From Marsupella aquatica (taxonomy: Eukaryota; Plantae; Marchantiophyta), in contig OZ316891.1 in NCBI GenBank assembly GCA_973895155.1, positions 22,085,168-22,149,167 of the forward strand: 64,000 nucleotides of DNA. The letters are read 5' to 3'. Numbering within the stretch: position 1 is the stretch's first letter; every line of letters begins with the position of its first letter. The notes below the pieces were generated by a model. It had not been told where the DNA came from and searched no databases. It saw nothing but the letters and a program-made list of their open reading frames with translations. The position numbers and the translations under genes were made by a program. Of this stretch, positions 12,578 to 24,250 are shown piece by piece.

Positions 12578-12805
12578 AATAGGGGGTCTCAAGACGGGGC
12601 CGGGATTTACGGTAGTCTACGCAAGGGCGGGGGAGACTTTTGAGACGTCTTGCCGGGATGACGCCCACTACGGGGGCCGGGATGACGCCCACTGCAAGGG
12701 GGGGGGGCCAATTTTGAGACGGCCCGCCAAGACGGGGCCGGGATGACGCGCACTAAGGGGGGGGGGGGGGGGGGGGGGGGCCGGAGAATTTTGAGACGGT
12801 CCATT
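12578..12805. repeat. GC-rich short element with gccgggatgacg repeats, imperfect terminal inverted repeat and a ~25-nt G run
   Basis: Ends are aatagggggtctcaa and ttgagacggtccatt; repeated (ggg)gccgggatgacg; poly-G at 12756-12780. Confidence 0.5.
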
Positions 12806-14159
12806 CTGCACTATTAATGGAATATGTACACGGCACGTTCTTGAACGAACCTCAAGGGATGGGCAACAACCTGAAATAGGGCCCCGTTTTTTAATGAACC
12901 TCAAGCGATGGGTAGGGAAAAACGACGTCGCACTCTTCCCTCTTTTATTATTGCATTCCATCTCAAGACTCAAACATGGAGCACATCAATTCCAACTCTC
13001 CTCTTTCTCCTCAATGCTCTATGGAAATGCATGACCTCTCAACTTACATTCTGCCCTACTAGCTTGATCGTCATCAGAAGGAAAGGTGAGGCAAAGATGA
13101 ACAATCATGGGGCCTCCATCGTTACTGTAATGTCATGGGGTTCTCCGACTAGATCCTAACAGAGTGCTAGACCGTGTGTCAACAGCTTTGTCAGGCTGGA
13201 TTTGGACCTCCAGATTGGGTATTTTTGAGACAACATTGGAAGTGCGTGTGGGCCTTCAGTACTCATCTGTGATATGTGATACGTATGTCATTGTTTCATT
13301 CCTGAGCTGCAATAATTCTCATCTCTAACGGACGGTCCTCGAAAATCAAGACTTCTATACAGCTCCGAAAGCTGTTTTCGAAAACACAGAAATCCAGAAT
13401 GAAACCGTGTTCGCCACCAGGCTCACCGTCCGAATACTGCCACAATTGCCTTCCAAGTTTGGTACGCTGTCCTGTACCAACTATTGTTGCATGGAGAAAG
13501 TACCAAAACTTGGAGGCATCCCAGTTTTGGTGCTTTTGTGCATCTGCATATGATCGATACTTGCTGTGGATGGCTCTGGACTCTACTTAGGTGGACTCCT
13601 TTTTAATGGATGTGGATAGACTTGATAGTTTGTACATGTTGCGTGCTTTATGAAAACAATGACAGACAACGAAACGTATAGCAGCTCATGATGGAGCGCA
13701 GTTTCCACACTTAACCTGTTGATCAATTTCTTCTACGGCAACTTCCGCCCCGTCGTTCCGCCACCTTTTCCTCTTCTTGCCGGATCCTCTTTGAAGTCCA
13801 ATTCAATTTGTTCCTCCTCTAGCTCGAGAGTTATTACGACTGGACGTTCGAAGCCCGTGATATTGTCATGATCGACCTCCCTCTGTTCTTCCGAGTCAGG
13901 CACAGCTTTCTTTCTTTCTCTGCATGAATCCTTCACTGTGCACCCATGAGACAATTAATCACGACAAAGGAAGGTCTCAAACGCTTTCAAGGGTATATTT
14001 CTCCAGTGAGTTCAGCCACTCGAGGTTGGTTTATTCTTGACTAGGCATTCCTGGAAACTCAATTTATTTTTTCAATTGGGTTTTGGACATTCAATGTTGT
14101 CTATCCGGTGAGTTATACTTGACTGGGCATTCCTGGAAACTCATTTATTGTTTTCTATT

Positions 14160-14385
14160 GCGCCTTGGTCATTCAATACTGCGTCTCAAAGCTTCTGGTC
14201 ATTCAATATGGTGTCTCAAAGCTTCTGGTCATTTATGGCGTCTGAAGCTTAAGATTCGAAGGACTTTAACTTAGTATTTGTCTCACAGCTTTTGAAGGAC
14301 TTTAACTTAGTAGTTGTGTCAAAGCTTCTGGTAATTAGGTATGAAGTCTCAAGCTTAAGATTTGAAGGACTTTAACTTAATAGTT
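14160..14385. repeat. Degenerate short tandem repeats
   Basis: Repeated aagcttctggtcatt and gaaggactttaactta units. Confidence 0.75.
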
Positions 14386-16325
14386 AAAGTTACGGCATGG
14401 ACAGAAAAAGTTATGGGTTACCAATTCATAACCCATCACGTTTTGGTCATTTGCCATGACCAGAAGTCACTGTAGAGGCTAGTGAAAAAGAAAAACAAGA
14501 TTTTCACACAACCCCTGTGAAGAAGTTATGGCCATGGCCAAACTTCTGCAACTTTGACAATTTGAGACACACTAATATTCTCATTTTCGCGAGGCACCTT
14601 TACTGCAAAGAAAGTGACTACCTGGCCTTTATCTTTCTCTAGGAGCCTCTATGTTTCTCATATGGTGAACTTCAAGTGAACAAGATTGCCCAAGGAAAAA
14701 GTACCATCAAAATGAACCCCTTTTGCTTTGTAAGATGAGACTAAATTGAGCAAGATTGCCCAAGAGAAAACAAACCTAATTTTTCCTTTATTCCCCCAAA
14801 AAGAGACTATTTGAACAAGATTGCTCAAAAAATATTTATTAATAAAACCTGGTTTTTCCTTTGTTTCCCTCATACTAGTATTTTCGCTTTTGGGATCCTC
14901 TCCTGGAGCTTTTTGTTCTTGTTTTAAAAGGGCTTTAAGCGATTGAACTCTACACCTATGAGTCTCAAGTCAAGAGATCTACCACACAGCCATGCCTCTT
15001 TGGGCAGAGCCTTTAGTTCTTGGTCCAGGATATATATAAACTACTGTAATATATAAGAAATAAAAAAATCCCGCCAAATCCCTCCATTTGTGTGACCCCC
15101 AATTGAAAATGAAGGATAAGACTCTACAGTGTACCTTGTATAAAACATGTCCAAACCTGGCTAACTGCAAGGACTCCCATTCATCCTTTTCTTTTCATGG
15201 ATTTTGCACTTAATTGTAAGTGCAAAATGGCCTGCAAATTTGTTTGCTAAACCAGAGCTTCACCAGTGCAAACCATGATAACTGTAGATGAATGCTTCTC
15301 AATAAGCGCACAATCCAATCCATTTGTTGAAAGCAAGGCATATTTCAGTAAAGTAAAAAGCTCAGGATGGGATAGGGGACCATATTCAGGCAGGGATGTA
15401 GAACTGAGGGTGGGGAGTTATTAGATTGATGAAGGATAGTTGAAAACTTAACAAAGGGATGTAAACCATATACTCTTATTGGTAAGTGCAGATTCTATGA
15501 GTTCCACTTACCACATAGTGCACACCAGAGATGCACGTTAGAGAAACTTGGCTGTAAGTACAATGAGGGAAAACTCATCAGCAAAAGTTCTCTGGATTCC
15601 ACCTCTCAAGAACGTATTTGCAACTTCTGCCAAATTTGCTAGATTTTCTGTCTTCCATTGCCAGTTTCCCACCTGCCACGAACCCCATTTGCTAGAGTTT
15701 AGCAGTCATCCTCAAATCTAGGGAGACCTCAAATCTAGGGAGATCAGACGGTCATAATGTAATCTAGGAAAATTAGACAGGATTATCCCTAGAATCTTGT
15801 CTTTCACACAATGTAACATTTGCCACATTGGCGAGAAAATAAAAACCTTAACATTTAGGCTGCTCATGGCGGCCCTGATTTCTCATAAACTTATTGGGTA
15901 TATGTAAACATGCACATGTGGAGAAGGCGAGGGAGAAGGCTAGTTACGGAATATGCTTTCATTGTGACATTCCTAGTTGGCCAATGCAATGTATAGTATT
16001 ATGGTGTGCAATTCCAAAACTCAGTTACAAGAATATCAGTTTATATGCAAATTAATTGGATGGAAAGACCAGTGACAGCCCCGGTGACAACCCAGAAATT
16101 AGTATCCGTAAATCACCTCTCACACAACCCTAAGTCCCAAAACTAAGGGTGAGTTAGCAAAATGCTTTGACATGAACATTGTGGAGGAGCTCTCAATCAG
16201 GGAAACTGTGTTGTACAGAACTCCTGGTGACTTCGGTGAAGCACCTCAGGGACCTTCTTGCAGTTTGAGCCTGTGATTAGAGCGCTGAAGCTGGGTTCAA
16301 ATGTTTGGTCCAAGTGTTAGCTCTA

Positions 16326-16945
16326 CTGGGATGGACAACATTATGGAAAATTAAATATTCTGGGTCCATTTTCAGGTCCCTATCACAACAGATATGCATA
16401 GTTACCATGGATAAGTGCAGGCTTGGGACTTAACAGATACCATACACTAAATTGATAAGTGCAGGCTTGAGACTTAATAGATACGGTAAACTGTGTAAGT
16501 GCAACAAGGTAAAACAAGTCAGGTGATGGGTTCAAACTTTAAATCAACTGGGATGGACCACTTTATGGAAAATTGTATATTCTGGGTCCATTTTCAGGTC
16601 CCTATCACAACAAATATGCATAGTTACCATGGATAAGTGCAGGCTTGGGACTTAACAGATACCATACACTAAATTGATAAGTGCAGGCTTTAGACTTATT
16701 ACATACGGTAAACTGTGTAAGTGCAACAAGGTAAAACAAGTCAGGTGATACGTTCAAACTTTAAATCACCTGGGATTGACCACTTTATGGAAAATTGTAT
16801 ATTCTGGGTCTATTTTTGGGTCCCTATCACAACAATAATGCATACCATGGGATAAGTGCTGCCTGCATACCACGATTAAGTGCAGGCTTGAGACTTATTA
16901 GACATGGGAAACTGTACAAGTGCCACATGGTAGAACTGATCAGGT
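16326..16945. repeat. 222-bp tandem repeat (~2.7 units)
   Basis: ctgggat(g/t)gac(a/c)ac(a/t)ttatggaaaatt occurs at 16326, 16548 and 16770. Confidence 0.9.
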
Positions 16946-18441
16946 GGTGCTGGTGGTCGTCATCTAGAGTAACGAGGAGCCATGGAGTACCAGGTACTGA
17001 TCACCAAGGACAGACGAAATCTGACCGGGCCTGCACTAAGGTAAGACAAAGGACGGCGTACATTACTTTTCACATCAACTTGCCATAGTCTACATCTCAA
17101 TTCCCAATGCAGCTGTATTATTTAAGTAACCCCATAAGGAGTCCTTTCCAAAATTCCTGGCTCCACAGCGTGCCACATCATCATGGCAGGTTGCAAACAC
17201 AAAGAAACTTGTTTTTGAATAAAATTAAGTTATACATTCGTGTTTGTGGCAACTTCTTTGTAAAACCTGGGACGCCATGCCAGAAAAGAGAATGTAAAAA
17301 ACCTGACATGCAAATCAAAAGATAAAAAGATTCAATCAAAACTGCTCTCATAACCATTTATTTACATTTTTGAGTTTTTCAAAACATACAATAAATCATT
17401 CTCAAAAGTAAAAACTTCAAATGTCTTGTCCCTGATGTCTTGGTAGAGGAGCGCAATCAAAGTAACGTAAGTAAGTCTGTTGGTGTGTTAGTAATGCTGC
17501 TTGGCAGAGCAGCGTGTAGCTAGTGTCGTATGTTGTTGCTTGAGGAGTAGAGGATTCTCTGGTATGCTGCTTGGCAGAGCAGTGTGTAGGGTTTAGGGTA
17601 GACATACACCTTTTGTGGACATATCATTTCGCCTGTCAGTGGCGCATAGAGATGCAGACAATAAGATCAAAATGAACAAGTGCTCATAACCTGATACATT
17701 TACGGGCTCCTTAGATACATCAAAATAATAATCAATACAACGGATTATTAATTTTATGAAACTAAAGCCTGGATGGACCGAGACATTGTTCTTGTCCATA
17801 TGGACTGCCTAAAACAATTGCCGTTTTAATACCAATAATAAAAAGGAACTGGTAGTGCATTGGAGTTGACTACTTTGGGAGAAAGTAATCAAGACATCAT
17901 GATGGTGATCTTGAGTAATGATATGATGTCTTGACATCCTTCAGGTTGAAGGTAATCAAGTTACTAAGGAAACCGGTTAAAATTGAAACCAGCTGCAAAG
18001 GGTAAGGAGGCCATCTATAGGTCACATTTCAGTCAAACATGTAAACAGTGTTATCTGAGTCAGTTTAAATGTTCTGAACAAGTCTGTCCAAGCTTTGCCA
18101 GTCCATCCGGGATTTTTTTCATGATTTTACAGAAAAAAATGCAAAATGAATTTACAGACTATAAGGTCATGAGTTTTTAAAATATAATTATAGACAATAA
18201 TGACAAACTTACAGTCCATTTGGGCATTGTGGAATCCATGTGTGGGGTCATGCAATGCTATATTGAGGCAAATGTTTTCCCTTTTTTTTACCCCCCCAAA
18301 ACGAAAATTCTCTTGTCAAGAGAAAAAAGCCAATGATCTTTCATCTCATGTCAATCTATTTCCCCTTTACCAGCTCCATGCCAAAAACCTTAGGACATCT
18401 CAAGTCAATCTCTTTCTCCTCTAATGCTCCATGCCTAAAAG

Positions 18442-18471
18442 TAGTCTAGTCTAGTCTAGTCTAGTCTAGTC
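18442..18471. repeat. (TAGTC)n microsatellite
   Basis: Six copies of tagtc. Confidence 0.95.
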
Positions 18472-18570
18472 AGACAAAACCTTGTATGTAGCACATAAAT
18501 GTATTGTGCACTTATAGAGAGACAACACAGTTTGCACTATTGCAAACCTAGATGGTCCTCGTTGGACCAT

Positions 18571-18906
18571 GGGTATAACCACCGTGACAGCAAACAGCAA
18601 ATAGCAAATAGTTACTCGTAACAGCAAACGGGTGGTAAAATTTTTGGAATTTTTTTGGAATTTTTTTTGGGGAAAAAATATTTAAAAAAAATTCCAAATT
18701 TTTGGCTAGCGCCCGGAGCTAGTAATAGTATCGCCTTACATTAGCCAAAAATTGTCATGTTTTAAATTATTTTGAAAATTGTGACTTTTAATGACACATT
18801 TTTAGATTGTCTAGTTTGCTCGTAACAGTAAATTTTTGCTCGTAACAGGAAAATTTTTGCTCGTAACAGTAAATCTGTTTGCTATTTGCTGTCACGGTGA
18901 AAACCC
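18571..18906. mobile_element. MITE (Mutator-like family, related to 39039-39395)
   Basis: Long imperfect TIRs caccgtgacagcaaa.agcaaa / tttgctatttgctgtcacggtg, GGGT...ACCC termini and an AT-rich core with gctagcgccc shared with the 39-kb MITE. No clear TSD. Confidence 0.75.
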
Positions 18907-19224
18907 TCATTTTGGTGCAAATTATGTTAGAAAGAAACGAGAAAAATACCAATACTATTCTCCTATTTTCTCTCATGGTTCGTTACAAATATTGTTCTAG
19001 GGATAAGTCTGCCTGGCCTTTCATTATTGGTGACATTTTTCCTTAAACACTAGAATGGGCTTGTAAGTGTCACCATGCATTTTATGTGCCCAACTGTTCA
19101 CTCTTGCAGCAAATCCCACACTCCTCAAAATCCAATTGCCAACTGTACTTTCTGCTCATCTAACTTATGTTTGATAACACTTTCACTCAACATCACTCAC
19201 TATTGAAAATACTATGCAGCACAT

Positions 19225-19581
19225 TGTCATGCCGAGGGACAGTGCCTCTTATGCGCATCGGCATGTCCCTCGCATGCCCGCTAGGTATGTAGTTAGGGCT
19301 AGTGTACTACTTGAGTTAGCAACATATTCTTATAGCAAATTCCAGGCGTTCTTGAAACAAACGCGCTTGTTAGTGTGCCGCCAGGACTTTGTTTACTTAG
19401 GGCATGTCTTTCTTTGCCATTTCTCAGTTCTTCTTGAATCGCTGTTGACAGAGCTCAGACAGTGCTCGTCGGTTCCGTACACGGGATTCACACAGTGATT
19501 CGTTAGATGCTCCCGGCCGATCTTGGCATCTCGCCGATTTCGATTCGATTTCAGTACGCTTGTTTCTCTTACGCCTTTTAT
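19225..19581 (+). repeat. E1 repeat A1
   Basis: Matches 27826-28182 with about 10 mismatches counted by eye, all transitions. Confidence 0.95.
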
Positions 19582-19593
19582 TCAAGAAGAACT
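19582..19593 (+). promoter_or_regulatory. E1 putative self-priming primer-binding site
   Basis: TCAAGAAGAACT directly after A1 is the exact reverse complement of AGTTCTTCTTGA at 19426-19437 inside A1. Confidence 0.75.
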
Positions 19594-22500
19594 GCCAAGT
19601 TAGTGGTGAGGAGAAGAAGATTGCTCGTGGCAATTTCAACAATTTCTGATGAAGCTGGTGCAATTTCTATGGAAAAAATGCTGAGCGATGGGGTGGAAGT
19701 TATGACTTTGAGTGTATACACTTAAATCAAACAAGCCCCCCTCCCTCGTTTTCCTTTGTGTTTTTGCCCAGGCTTTTCTTTTCCGGCCGCAACCTGTTTC
19801 GCGACTTGCTGTTATCGATTGCCGCATCTACGCTGACTGCTGCATCGATGCCGATTGCACAGGGCGCACGCGCGCTTGCGTTTTTAACGACCTTTTTGGG
19901 GCCCTTTTTTGTTTACCGGCCATGACTGCCTCGGCCACCGCGCGCCCCTTTTCTTTGTCCTTTTTTGCCTTGCCAAGCCTCGAAGTTCCTCCCTCCGTTT
20001 GTTTTCCTGCCTTTATCTCGCAGGTTGTGCGTATAGGGCATTGTGCCTTCCACTGCCAGCATTTAATTAAGGAGAGGAGGGGGAGCAAGTACAAGCCGGG
20101 AGTCGAGGAGAAGGCACGGAGGCCTATGAGCATTAAAGCAGGGGGGAGGGGGAGCCGAGGCTGGAACGCAAGGAGAGGAGGGGGACTGGCAGGAGCGAGT
20201 GTGCCAAGAGAGGGCACGAGGCCCTATGCTGAATTAAAGAGGGGGAGTCCACATTCAATTCCCTTCTTGGGAGGCCCACAGTGCATTAACGAAGGGGGGG
20301 AGTTTACGTAGACTCCTTTCGGGAGTCCTCTTGCAGGGCACGAGGCCCCTTTCACAACATTAAAGAAAAGAGGGGGGGTACAATCGACTCCCTTCTCTCG
20401 GGAGTACTTTGGGAGCTCATACGGAGGGGGCGTGAAGCCCTATGCAGGGCTCATGCCAGTAAGAGGGCAAACACACTCGCCTTGGCTTCTCTCCTCTTTC
20501 CGGCCACCTGCGAGCCTGCCTCGACTATTTTCCCCTTTTTCGGCCTTTCTCATTTTTTTTGCCACGCCACGATCGACCTGCTGCCAGTTCCCGGGTCCAC
20601 ATAGGGCCGATGTGTATACACTTAGGGGGCCCCTTTCACGTGTTGCAGGGCCCATTTCTTTCCGTTTGCTCTTGCTTTGTTCTTGACTACCTGCATAGGG
20701 CACCGTGCCGGCCGGTCCTTCCTTTTTCGGGTCCACATAGGGGCCCGACGTATACACTTTAAAGGGGCCCAATGTATACACTTAAGGGGGACCCTATTCA
20801 CATTTTCAAGGGCCCATTCTTCCTTTATTTCTTTGATGCCGCCACATGTCATCTGCATAGACTTTGACAATTTCTCAGCGCTTACACATTCTACACATTG
20901 CTGCCTTGCACCGTTTGTTTCCTTTGTGGGTTTTATTTCTTAGCCTTGGGGCTGCCACTCCTTTTTCTTGTCAATTTCTTTCCCATTGGCACCCCGGGTG
21001 AGCATGCAGCATGTCAGCCGACGAGCCAGGAGGTAGCAGCTCATCACCACCAACACCCCGGTACCACTTACGGAGTGATCCACGACCCTTGGTGCCAATT
21101 TCATTGGAGTCTCGGCAATTTTGACGACGTCCGTAGACAGCAACAGCACCCACACCACGCAATCCTTCTGCTCAATTTGGCGGTTGCTTCACCACTACCC
21201 CGAAGCCTGCTATCACTTCCTTGCCATTTACGCCTTCTACATCAGTGGTTGTTCCAGCTTCACCGACATACACCATGGATGTTAGCCACTCATCTGGCCG
21301 CATTGAGAGCTTCAGCGGGCGGCCAGGCACTGTTTCTTTGTGTGAGTTCAAATCCACTTTCTACACTATCATTTACGAATTGGAGTTGAAGTACGGCAGC
21401 AATTTCACAAATGCTTTTGCATTTAAGCAGCTAGCTAGGTATGTGCACCATGAGGCTTTGGATGTGTATGAGCAACACTCTCAACGGCTGCTTGCTGTCA
21501 CACAATTGCCTAATCCTACCTATGCTAGTGCAATTGCAGCTGCCTCACAACTGGCATTACAGAATGCCGTTGCAGCCCATGCTGCTACTTCCCCTCCTAC
21601 TCCAATTCCTACCACTGCGCCAGTTACTCCCACTGTCTTGGCACAGGCTACATCAGGCATTTCTCCCACTATTGATTCCCCTGCCTTTGTTGATCCAGTA
21701 GCTGAGTTTTTCCAGGTTCTTGAATTGGAATTCCCAATCAAGAGTGCTGACAAAATCATGCAGTTGGCCACCTTTGTGAGGCAGCGCGATGAAACATTGA
21801 AGATGATGTATTGCCAGCTTCTCAAGCTGAAGGAGGACACCCAGAGCATCACTGACCTGGAAGTTGCTCATCGCTATCTTCGCGCATTGGAGGGCACACC
21901 AGCTCTCCATTTGCAAGTGTTGCAGCAAGTATTCTCAGAGTTTGGAGACAGCTACACCCTGCTCAATGTCTATGACACTGCTGAGAAACTTGAGTTGGCC
22001 CATGCACATTATGAGGCCAGTATTGCACATCCACCGCGATCCAAGTACCAGGCTGCTGCCCCTACACTGGCCACTCCTTCCCGTGTGCCACAATATGGTT
22101 CCAAGACCAAGCCAGCCCATGTTGCTTTCATGCTGCCATCTTGCAACTACTGTGGTAACCCCAATCACAAGGCTAATGAATGTGATATTGTTGTTGAGGA
22201 CCTGTCTTATGATTTTTGCGGGAAAGTGGGCCATTTGGAGGCAGTTTGTTTTGCCAAATTCCCAAAGAGGAAGCAGCTATGACAACAAACCCCTCATCCT
22301 GCTCCTGCTTCCACTCCCCCACCAGCTAGGAGGGCTCCTACTACATCAGTTGCTCCTCCTTCCAGTGGCAAAGCATCCAGTGCTAACAAATTGCCCAAGC
22401 AGCAACAGAAGCAACCAGCTCAGAAGGAGGCTCACAACGCACAGACAACTCAACTCCAGTCTCTGACTCATGAGGTTGAGTCATTACGTGCCCAACTTGC

Positions 22501-24049
22501 CAACATCAAAGGCAAGTCCACTGCCTCTGCTGGTCCTTCTCAACTGGCTGGTCACGTGCAACCCATCCCTGGCCCAGGCACCACTGACAGTTCAGCACCC
22601 ATACCCCACTCTTTCTATGGCTTGCCATTTGATGCTCATATGGGTGAGTGTGTGCTGTCCTCTGCTACACAGCCTGGCCTTACAGCAGAATTTTCAGATT
22701 CATTCTACCCTTCCTATTTTGCTTACCAACAGGCCAGTGCTGCCTCCCGTATTGCTCCCACACGCCGCATTGTACAGGCTGATGGTCTTGCTGCCGGTCC
22801 TATGACTAGAGCCAGGGGAGCTCGGGCTGTCATGCCCCAATCTTTTCAGCCACTCACACTTGCTGAAGAGAGCACCTTGTTGGTGAGGGGGGAGGGAGCT
22901 GCAGCTACATCCATTCCACCACCAGGTGCTACTGACATTTTACAGGGAGTTGTTTCTCCTCAGCTGCTTGAGCATTTCACCTCCGGTATGACACAAAGGA
23001 TTCTTACAACTCCACTTTTCAGTTGCCATGATTTACAGCTGGATGCTAGAGCTGTCATCAGAGCGCTAGAGGGCTCACTGCATTCTTCATCAGCCCTTGT
23101 GACACCAGTTTTGGAGGTCCAATCTTATGTACATACTGGACCTTCTTCTTCTCCATTACATGCTTCCACTGGTTTGGCTAACCCAGTACCAATTTCCAGT
23201 GGTAGTGATGACAGTATTGCTGCAGACTGTGTGACCAAAGCTACACTGGATTCTGGTCATGCTGCTTCATCATTTGCCAAAAGTGGTGCCTAGTGACAGG
23301 ACTTTAGTTTCCACCACCATTGCCATTGTTGACAACAGGAATTCAGCAGTCAAGTTGGAGGGTCACACTCCTCAGGTGGTCATGCTAGACACAAGCGCTC
23401 AACCAGTGATCTTGGGCATTTAGTTTGCCAAGAAGATGGGACTACTGACTGATCATTTACAGCGATCCAGGTGGCACATTCGGACTGCTAGTGGCACTAT
23501 GGAGGATGTGCTGGGTGAGAGTTCTACTTTACTCACTCTCACTTTTAATGGAGGTACAGATCAGGAACTGCATTTCCCAGTCAGATTTTTGGTTACCAAT
23601 GCCACTACGTATGATGTGCTCATTGGCCAGGAGGCTTTGTTCCCACCAGGTTTTACCATTGACAACTGGCATGAGCATGCATACTACAGAGTTGATTGGC
23701 ATACTGATGGCTCACACTTGGGCTACATTCCACTTGATTTTCATGGTGCCCATACACCTATGGCTCACCACTGTGTGTTGAAAGAAGTGCACACAGCTAC
23801 CTATGTCAACCACCCATTGCAGGATTGAATTGAGGAGGATGACGATGAGGTGGCTGTTGCACATGCTGCTACACGTATAGCAGCACTTTCCAGCAACGTG
23901 GATCATCAACCAGAGGTGGTACAATGGCTCCAAGCAGCCCATGGACCTTTAGTGGCTGCATTGCACAAATTTGAGGACCTTGGGCAGCACACTGGACAAC
24001 CAATAGCCCCAATCTTGAGCGCACCTGTTACATGGACTCCTCCTCCAGA

Positions 24050-24250
24050 TGGCCTTACATTGCTTGAGCTTTTTGGTGGCCTGGTTTATCGACATTCTAC
24101 CGGTACATGGGATGAACCTAGTCCTGAGGAAAGAGAACGGGCTATGGGCTTCCAACCCGGTACTACAGGTCACACCAAAATCACCAGGCTGGCCAGGAAT
24201 GCTTTACTTGGCAGGGTAATAGATCTCAATGCTCTCACTTGGCTTCTGGT
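24050..24250 (+). pseudogene. E1 remnant C5-DNA-methyltransferase (motif I fused to motifs IX-X)
   Basis: TLLELFGG|LVYRHSTGTWDEPSPEERERAMGF...LLGRVIDLNALTW aligns with the start and end of the E2 DNMT domain. Confidence 0.8.

Noticed and set aside
12756-12780. Poly-G run as a functional G-quadruplex
   Set aside because: Homopolymer length is unreliable and nothing else supports function.
14900-18400. Possible degraded minus-strand gene or transposase exons (e.g. WGSWQVGNWQWKTENLANLAEVAN)
   Set aside because: Fragments are too short and interrupted to assign without a database search.
19712-20943. Several 100-200 aa ORFs in the E1 leader
   Set aside because: They are low-complexity, GC-rich overlapping frames with no recognisable domain.
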